Source: Desulfotalea psychrophila LSv54 (lineage in GTDB: Bacteria; Desulfobacterota; Desulfobulbia; Desulfobulbales; Desulfocapsaceae). Taken from it: DNA of 32,000 bases. This document shows positions 26,454 to 32,000 of the stretch, piece after piece (position 1 is the stretch's first letter; the number at the start of each line of letters is the position of its first letter). The DNA is taken from positions 150,001 through 182,000 of the forward strand of contig NC_006138.1 of NCBI RefSeq assembly GCF_000025945.1. The letters are read 5' to 3'. The notes beneath the pieces are model-generated. The model saw only the letters and a program-made list of their open reading frames with translations. It was not told the origin of the DNA and ran no database searches. A program made the translations under genes and the position numbers.

Positions 26454-26641
26454 GGACCAATCTAAAGACAAAAAACTTCCGGGGCAGAGTAATAACTGAC
26501 AAATAACTCTGCCCACCCAGATAGTTTTTTGCACCCACCTCCTATCTCCCTAGCAACATCCCTAGCACAGTTTTCCTGAACCCTTTCCACGGGTCGAAGC
26601 AGGGAAAGAATCATACAAAAAAGCCAAAAATACTTATATGC

Positions 26642-26669
26642 TTGATTTAACTTGAAATCATGATAATAT
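26642..26669 (+). promoter_or_regulatory. Candidate sigma70 promoter for the hydrogenase-MCP operon
   Basis: TTGATT (26642-26647), 16-nt spacer, TAATAT (26664-26669), in an AT-rich stretch about 180 nt upstream of the large-subunit ATG. Confidence 0.3.
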
Positions 26670-26847
26670 ACCTAGCAAAGTTCCAGACTTATTAAATTCC
26701 ACCGCGTACATCATAGATTAAACATTTCCACCTGCAATGGAAAAGATGGTCAACTTTATACCCAGCTCGTCAGAATATTCTTTACGTCTCAACAACAGAA
26801 CAAATATCCGTTTTTCTTATCTATATCCAACAGTGGAGTAAGCGACT

Positions 26848-28347
26848 ATGTCCTCGATTGTAAAACTGGATCCCTTTACACGTATTGAAGGGCACCTCGC
26901 AGTAAGTCTTAACGTACAAAACAACAGGGTGAAGGATGCACAGTGCACGGGGGAAATGGTTAGAGGTTTTGAACAGATTCTTCAAGGAAGATCCCCACTG
27001 GATGCGCAACAAATTGTCCAGAGAATCTGTGGTGTATGTCCCGTCTCCCATGGTATTGCCTCGGTGCTTGCCCAGGAACAGGCCTACGGGATTCAACTCC
27101 CTGAAAATGCTCGTCTCCAGCGTAATATCATGCTGGCCAGCAACTATATCCAAAGCCACATCACCCACTTCTACCACCTCTCAGCCCTTGATTTTATCGA
27201 TATAACGGCAATCTTAGACTATAAGGGTGGTGATGCATTTCTCCTGGCCATGCAAAACTGGGTAAAAGCAGAACTCGCCTCCAAAAACTTATTTCCCGCC
27301 GCCCCCTTTCTCCCCCGCTACCAAGGACGCTACCTAAAAGATGTCGACTTTAACATCACCGCCCTACGTAACTACTTTATCGCCCTTGAGATGCGGGCAA
27401 CAGCACACCAGTTAATTGCAATATTTGCCGGTAAAATGCCCCATATGGCCTCTATTGTCCCGGGAGGAATTACCGAAAAAGTCACTACCAAAAAAATCAT
27501 CCAATGCAAATCTAAACTGGCCCAATTAAAGGGCTTCATCAACAACTCCTACCGAAATGACCTATTGGCCATTACTGCAGAGTTCCCCTCATATCTTTCC
27601 ATCGGCAAGAGCTGTGGTAATTTCCTCAGTTTTGGTGCCTTCGGTGATGCCAACCTGGAAAAATCGCCTCTGCTACCCGCAGGCGCCCTCCTGCAAGGAA
27701 AGTTAGAAGAGGTTGATGATATATCAATAAAAGAGGATGTCTCCTTTTCCAAGTACAGCAGTGATTCTGGCAGAGAGAAAACAGTTCCGGAACCGCATAA
27801 AAGCGGGGCCTACAGCTGGATCAAGGCCCCTCGCTATCGAGGAGAAGCTATGGAGGTCGGTCCTCTTGCCAGACTGATGGTCGCCCAGGCCAAAGGCAAT
27901 AAAAAAATGCAGGAGGCGAGCAACGCTTTTCTGCAGAAGACAGATCTCTCCCTCACTGACCTGGACTCCTGCCTCGGCCGTCATATTGCCAGATTCATTG
28001 AACTTGAAGTAATCATAGAGAAATGCGAAGAGTGGATGGAGCAGCTGCGCCCTGACCAGCCAACGGCAGTGGACTTTAACATCCCACAACAGGCAGAGGG
28101 CAGGGGGATGATGGAGGCACCACGCGGCGCCCTGGGACACTGGGTAACGATCGAAAAACAAAAGATCGGCCGTTATGAATGTATTGTTCCCACCACATGG
28201 AACTGCTCCCCAAAGGATGACAAGCAGATCCCCGGCCCCGTTGAACAATCACTTATCGGCACCATCGTTGCCGATAAGACAAACCCCCTTGAAGCAGCAC
28301 GAATCGTCCGTTCCTACGATCCATGCCTGGCATGCGCCGTTCACTAG
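26848..28347 (+). CDS. [NiFe]-hydrogenase large subunit, short form (499 aa) with no C-terminal extension
   Basis: N-terminal TRIEGH, the L1 motif RICGVCPVSH (27022-27051), and the C-terminal DPCLACAVH followed directly by a stop (28318-28347). RBS ggag lies 9 nt before the ATG. Confidence 0.95.
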   Translation: MSSIVKLDPFTRIEGHLAVSLNVQNNRVKDAQCTGEMVRGFEQILQGRSPLDAQQIVQRICGVCPVSHGIASVLAQEQAYGIQLPENARLQRNIMLASNYIQSHITHFYHLSALDFIDITAILDYKGGDAFLLAMQNWVKAELASKNLFPAAPFLPRYQGRYLKDVDFNITALRNYFIALEMRATAHQLIAIFAGKMPHMASIVPGGITEKVTTKKIIQCKSKLAQLKGFINNSYRNDLLAITAEFPSYLSIGKSCGNFLSFGAFGDANLEKSPLLPAGALLQGKLEEVDDISIKEDVSFSKYSSDSGREKTVPEPHKSGAYSWIKAPRYRGEAMEVGPLARLMVAQAKGNKKMQEASNAFLQKTDLSLTDLDSCLGRHIARFIELEVIIEKCEEWMEQLRPDQPTAVDFNIPQQAEGRGMMEAPRGALGHWVTIEKQKIGRYECIVPTTWNCSPKDDKQIPGPVEQSLIGTIVADKTNPLEAARIVRSYDPCLACAVH

Positions 28348-28356
28348 GAGAAGATA

Positions 28357-29259
28357 ATGACCACACTTACACGTAGACAGTTTTTAGAGCTCAGTGCCAA
28401 AATGTCTGTGGTACTGGGACTGGGTTCTTCGGCCATCCCTCAGGTAGCTGAGGCCCTCGAGGCACTTACCACCGGCCGTAGCAAGGTTTTGTGGCTCCAG
28501 GCCCAAAGTTGTTCAGGTTGCAGCATCTCCATGCTTGATTCCGAGTCCCCCGGGCCAGCCGAGCTGCTCACCCAATATATCTCGCTGCTCTTCCACCACA
28601 CCCTCTCGGCAGCAACGGGGGAGAGCTGTATGCATATAGTGCGAAAATCTGTTCAGCAGGGTGGCTATATTTTAGTTGTTGAGGGGAGCATTCCGGCAGG
28701 AATGCCCGAGGCCTGCATGATGGGGGGCATCCCCGTTGGGGAATTGATAAAACAAGCTGCCGAGAGGGCTGATTACGTAATTGCCCTTGGCACCTGCGCT
28801 GCCTTTGGCGGAATTCCAGCAGCCGAGGGCAATCCGACGGGAGCTGTCCCCCTTGGCCCATTTCTCCAGGCCAATAAGATCAAAACCCCAATCATCAATA
28901 TTCCCGGTTGTCCCTCCCATCCCGACTGGTTGGTGGGCACCTTGGTCCATCTCTGTAAATTCGGTCTACCACCATGCGATGAGCAGAGGCGACCCAAGAT
29001 GTTCTTTGCCAGTAAAAATCATGATAAGTGTCCAAGGTTTAGCGACTATGAACAGGAAAATTTTGCCCGTAAATTTTCTGATCCCGGCTGCCTTTTCAAA
29101 CTCGGCTGCCTCGGAGTCAGTACCTATGCAGACTGCACGATACGAGATCGCAACGGCGGCACCAATGCCTGCATAAAAGCCGGTGCTCCCTGCATAGGCT
29201 GCTCATCACCCCAATTTGCTCAAAAAAAATCACTCCCCTTCTATCGCAAGAGCGAGTAA
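28357..29259 (+). CDS. [NiFe]-hydrogenase small subunit with a twin-arginine signal peptide and no C-terminal membrane anchor
   Basis: Tat motif TRRQFLE. Proximal-cluster Cys are present ([21 protein letters not shown]). Distal-cluster H..C (HDKC) and GCLFKLGC, and medial-cluster C...PCIGC (Pro retained), are also present. RBS ggagaag; 9 nt separate it from the large-subunit stop. Confidence 0.93.
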   Translation: MTTLTRRQFLELSAKMSVVLGLGSSAIPQVAEALEALTTGRSKVLWLQAQSCSGCSISMLDSESPGPAELLTQYISLLFHHTLSAATGESCMHIVRKSVQQGGYILVVEGSIPAGMPEACMMGGIPVGELIKQAAERADYVIALGTCAAFGGIPAAEGNPTGAVPLGPFLQANKIKTPIINIPGCPSHPDWLVGTLVHLCKFGLPPCDEQRRPKMFFASKNHDKCPRFSDYEQENFARKFSDPGCLFKLGCLGVSTYADCTIRDRNGGTNACIKAGAPCIGCSSPQFAQKKSLPFYRKSE

Positions 29260-29263
29260 CAAT

Positions 29264-30946
29264 ATGAAACTACATACTAAGTTAATTCTAGCCCTTCTCA
29301 GCTGTCTTACTCTAGTTGTTGTAGTAGCACAGCTCATCCAGTATTCACAACTGGAAAAACAAATTAACAACCTTGCTCAAGCAAACATAGAACTCCTGAG
29401 CAACCGAGAACAGGCCTTTGCCGCTAACCTCTATCACTCGGTGGCTAAATCCGTAGAGGGTTCACTTAATCGAGGTGAGATGGAAAAATTTTCTGCCCTG
29501 TTAAAGCAGACCAGAAAAATCGACGGTCTCCTGGAATTCTCTCTCTTTGACACCAATAACAGGGTCAACTACTCCTCAAAAAGCGAATTTCTGGGCCAGA
29601 AGCTGCCCAGAGAGATCCAGAAGCAGATAAGCGGAGGAGAAATATCCATCTCCACCGACGAGAAGAGCATAAACATCTATCAGCCACAGAAGATCACAGG
29701 AGACTGCCTACGCTGCCACACAGGCTGGAACAAACAAATGGACCACGGCGGCGTCATGTTTTTTCGTTTTTCCACCAAGGCCCTGCAACAGGCAAAAAGA
29801 GAGACCGATGAGGGCATAGCAACCATAGCAGATAACTACCTGATTGCCGCAGCCATTTCTGTCCTTACCATGCTAACCGTGATAGGCATTGCCATATTTT
29901 TTCTCCTCCGCCATATGGTAAAAATACCTCTTGAGCAGATCGGCTCAAACTTTAATCAGGCGGCAGATGGTAATCTCACCGTACAGGCAAATATTGCGTC
30001 AAAGGATGAGATAGGCATCCTTGGACATAATTTCAACCACTTTCTCAGCCAACTCCACGACATAATGCAAAACATTGCCCGACAGATAGAAACCCTCAAA
30101 GGTGCATCGGGTTCACTGGAAAATGTCGCGGCAGAGATGTCGAAAGGGGCCGAAGAGATGACCCATAGATCTCATAGTGTGGCCTCGGCAAGCGTGGAGA
30201 TGAGTTCAAACATGACCCTTGTCTCGGAGGCTATGACAGAGGCTAACAGCAATATCAATATAATGGCGGCATCCACTGAAGAGATGACTGCAACCATCAA
30301 TGAAATTGCCAAAAATGCGGCGAATGCAAAAAGCATATCCGAAACAGCGGTGACAGAGGCAAGCCATGCCACCCAAAAAATGAAACATCTAGGGAACTCT
30401 GCTCAGAATATTGGCAAGATCACAGGGACAATCACAGAAATATCGGCACAGACAAATCTCCTTGCCCTCAACGCTACCATTGAAGCGGCCAGAGCAGGTG
30501 AGGCTGGCAAGGGTTTTGCCGTTGTTGCAGCTGAGATCAAACAGCTTGCCAATCAGACCTCTGCTGCAACCATAGAGATTACCAGCAGCATCTCTGAAAT
30601 ACAAACTGATACAGCTGGGGCCATTGAGGAAACCGAGCATATCGGTCAGGTAATCAGTCGTATCGATGATATTATCTCGACAATAGCCTCGGCGGTAGAG
30701 CAACAATCTGCAAGCACACGAGAGATTGCCACCAGCATAAATCAGGCATCCAGCGGTCTTAAGGAAATTAGCTGCAATATCCAATCCAGCTCTGCGGTAG
30801 CGGAAGAGATCAGCAAAGACATCAACAGCGTTGACAGCACTGCCAGCCATATTGCCAGCAACAGTAGCAGTGTTGAAAAAAATGCCAAGGATCTGGCCGG
30901 ACTTGCAGAACAACTCAAGGATCATGTTGAGAGGTTCCAAATATAG
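29264..30946 (+). CDS. Methyl-accepting chemotaxis protein with a periplasmic CxxCH (heme-c) sensor domain
   Basis: TM1 ([18 protein letters not shown]), a periplasmic region of about 170 aa containing CLRCH (29705-29719), TM2, HAMP ([13 protein letters not shown]), and the conserved signalling hairpin [33 protein letters not shown]. The ATG lies 4 nt after the small-subunit stop; the track ORF starts earlier, at 29216. Confidence 0.93.
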   Translation: MKLHTKLILALLSCLTLVVVVAQLIQYSQLEKQINNLAQANIELLSNREQAFAANLYHSVAKSVEGSLNRGEMEKFSALLKQTRKIDGLLEFSLFDTNNRVNYSSKSEFLGQKLPREIQKQISGGEISISTDEKSINIYQPQKITGDCLRCHTGWNKQMDHGGVMFFRFSTKALQQAKRETDEGIATIADNYLIAAAISVLTMLTVIGIAIFFLLRHMVKIPLEQIGSNFNQAADGNLTVQANIASKDEIGILGHNFNHFLSQLHDIMQNIARQIETLKGASGSLENVAAEMSKGAEEMTHRSHSVASASVEMSSNMTLVSEAMTEANSNINIMAASTEEMTATINEIAKNAANAKSISETAVTEASHATQKMKHLGNSAQNIGKITGTITEISAQTNLLALNATIEAARAGEAGKGFAVVAAEIKQLANQTSAATIEITSSISEIQTDTAGAIEETEHIGQVISRIDDIISTIASAVEQQSASTREIATSINQASSGLKEISCNIQSSSAVAEEISKDINSVDSTASHIASNSSSVEKNAKDLAGLAEQLKDHVERFQI

Positions 30947-31104
30947 TCCTCTTCTCTTGGACGGACAGACCTACCCGAGAGAAAGAGCGAGGGGGCGTTG
31001 ACCGACCAGACTAACCCACCTTCGTTACAAGCGAAAGATGGTGCATACGTATTTACGCCAAGATAGATAACGGCCCAATGGGGTTTGGTAAAGAGGGCAA
31101 AAAT

Positions 31105-31127
31105 CCCCTTGCTACAAGGGGTTTTTT
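31105..31127 (+). terminator. Rho-independent terminator
   Basis: CCCCTTG (31105-31111), loop CTA, CAAGGGG (31115-31121), followed by TTTTTT. Confidence 0.8.
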
Positions 31128-31409
31128 GCTATATATACAGATTATATTTTACTGGAAAACTGAAAAGAAAGCAGTTCTCCTTAACATCTGCGGTACTCAA
31201 ATCATCAGTATAAATGATGATTTAGCAACACAGTTTCATTGAATTATTTAACGCATTAAATGATGGGCAATATTTGGGCAAATACTTCTTAAGCTATACC
31301 TAGCACAAGAAGACATCACTCTGGCAGGTACAGAGTACTTGCCCTACTATATCCTCAATGCGATGGTCCGTCTTCCTGAGACAGGTATCATTTAGGTAAT
31401 GAATATTTC

Positions 31410-32000
31410 ATGAAAAACAACTTCTCTCCAAAGCTCTTTTCCATATTAAAATTAGGCTACTCAAAAGAGCAATTTATAAACGATCTATTCTCAGGTTTAG
31501 TCGTGGCTGTTGTTGCCCTGCCGCTGGCAATCGCCTTTGCCGTTGCCTCGGGAGTCTCTCCAGAAAAGGGCTTGGTTACTGCCGTTGTCGCAGGATTAAT
31601 TATTGCTATCCTGGGTGGTAGTCGCGTCCAGATAGGCGGCCCGACCGGGGCCTTTATTGTCATTGTCTTTGGCATACTGCAACAGTATGGAATGGACGGA
31701 CTGATAATTTCAACAATAATGGCAGGATGTTTTCTGGTCCTCTTTGGAGTATTTGGTCTTGGTTCTCTCCTCAGCTATTTCCCCTATCCACTGATCGTCG
31801 GCTTTACCAGCGGCATTGCCATTGTTATATTTACCACTCAAGTAAAAGATGCTCTGGGGCTCACCATCTTCGCCATGCCCGGTGATATGGTTGGCAAGTG
31901 GCATACCTATTTTGCCAACATCTCCTCGACAAATATCTCTGCTGTAAGTATCTGCATAATCACCATACTCATTGCCACCTGTTCTGGCCGATTTATAAAA
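31410..32000 (+). CDS. SulP-family inorganic anion (sulfate/bicarbonate/dicarboxylate) transporter, N-terminal part; continues beyond the window
   Basis: This ORF has no stop codon within the window and is absent from the supplied track. It reads MKNNFSPKLFSILKLGYSKEQFINDLFSGLVVAVVALPLAIAFAVASGVSPEKGLVTAVVAGLIIAILGGSRVQIGGPTGAFIVIVFGI..., the classic SulP N-terminal motifs. The minus-strand ORFs at 31457..31675 and 31710..31904 are its shadows. Confidence 0.88.
   Translation, partial: MKNNFSPKLFSILKLGYSKEQFINDLFSGLVVAVVALPLAIAFAVASGVSPEKGLVTAVVAGLIIAILGGSRVQIGGPTGAFIVIVFGILQQYGMDGLIISTIMAGCFLVLFGVFGLGSLLSYFPYPLIVGFTSGIAIVIFTTQVKDALGLTIFAMPGDMVGKWHTYFANISSTNISAVSICIITILIATCSGRFIK

Noticed and set aside
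26725-26743. TTTCCA-N7-TGGAAA inverted repeat in the hydrogenase leader
   Set aside because: It is a short 6-bp-arm symmetry in an AT-rich leader that could arise by chance. I recall no matching regulator motif.
30389-30940. 183-aa minus-strand ORF opposite the MCP signalling domain
   Set aside because: The Ala/Ser/Glu-rich repetitive MCP coding sequence typically produces long antisense ORFs. The + strand carries the invariant MCP hairpin motif.
30990-31104. Considered a c-di-GMP (GEMM) or other riboswitch between the MCP and SulP genes
   Set aside because: I could not find the conserved GEMM core elements or any other riboswitch signature I know. The terminator at 31105 is also about 280 nt from the SulP ATG, so the geometry does not fit an expression platform.
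1-32000. Scan for CRISPR arrays, tRNA/rRNA genes, transposases, integrases, phage or toxin-antitoxin/defence genes
   Set aside because: I saw no regularly spaced direct repeats, no cloverleaf-like or rRNA-like segments, and no ORF with recombinase, nuclease or defence-type motifs. The window looks like core chromosome rather than a mobile island.

Overview
This is a 32-kb chromosomal window with about 28 protein-coding genes. I recognised no rRNA, tRNA, CRISPR array, transposase or integrase. The gene content suggests an anaerobic, delta-proteobacterium-like (sulfate-reducer-type) organism: FeoAB, a [NiFe]-hydrogenase, a c-heme chemoreceptor, Cys-rich sensor proteins and GTAACAC/GTGTTAC operators. 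That taxonomic guess is inference only.

Gene order, left to right:
- partial DUF318 permease
- membrane sensor diguanylate cyclase (GGEEF plus I-site)
- TatD hydrolase, TcdA and SstT
- (minus strand) EamA transporter and NfeD
- FeoA-FeoB
- (minus strand) CDF metal exporter with a Cys-rich tail
- 65-aa basic ORF plus a molybdenum-storage-protein-like amino-acid-kinase-fold protein
- (minus strand) PilZ protein
- five-gene family-5 (peptide/nickel-type) ABC importer, translationally coupled to a YciA-type thioesterase
- NodT/EmrA/EmrB-type tripartite efflux operon
- a metal/hydrogen locus at 24.2-31.1 kb
- 5' part of a SulP anion transporter

The most interesting region is 24.2-31.1 kb, all on the + strand. 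Two identical-arm palindromes (GTAACAC-N13-GTGTTAC) bracket a near-consensus sigma70 promoter in front of a NikK/CbiK-like DUF4198 periplasmic protein and a membrane-anchored beta-sandwich protein. A TorD-family chaperone gene follows. Next comes a three-gene operon with 9-nt and 4-nt gaps. It encodes a short [NiFe]-hydrogenase large subunit that stops exactly at the DPCxxCxxH histidine, a Tat-signal small subunit with no membrane anchor, and a methyl-accepting chemotaxis protein whose periplasmic domain carries a CxxCH heme-c motif. I interpret this operon as a candidate periplasmic H2-sensing (hydrogen-taxis) module. No experimentally characterised precedent is known to me.
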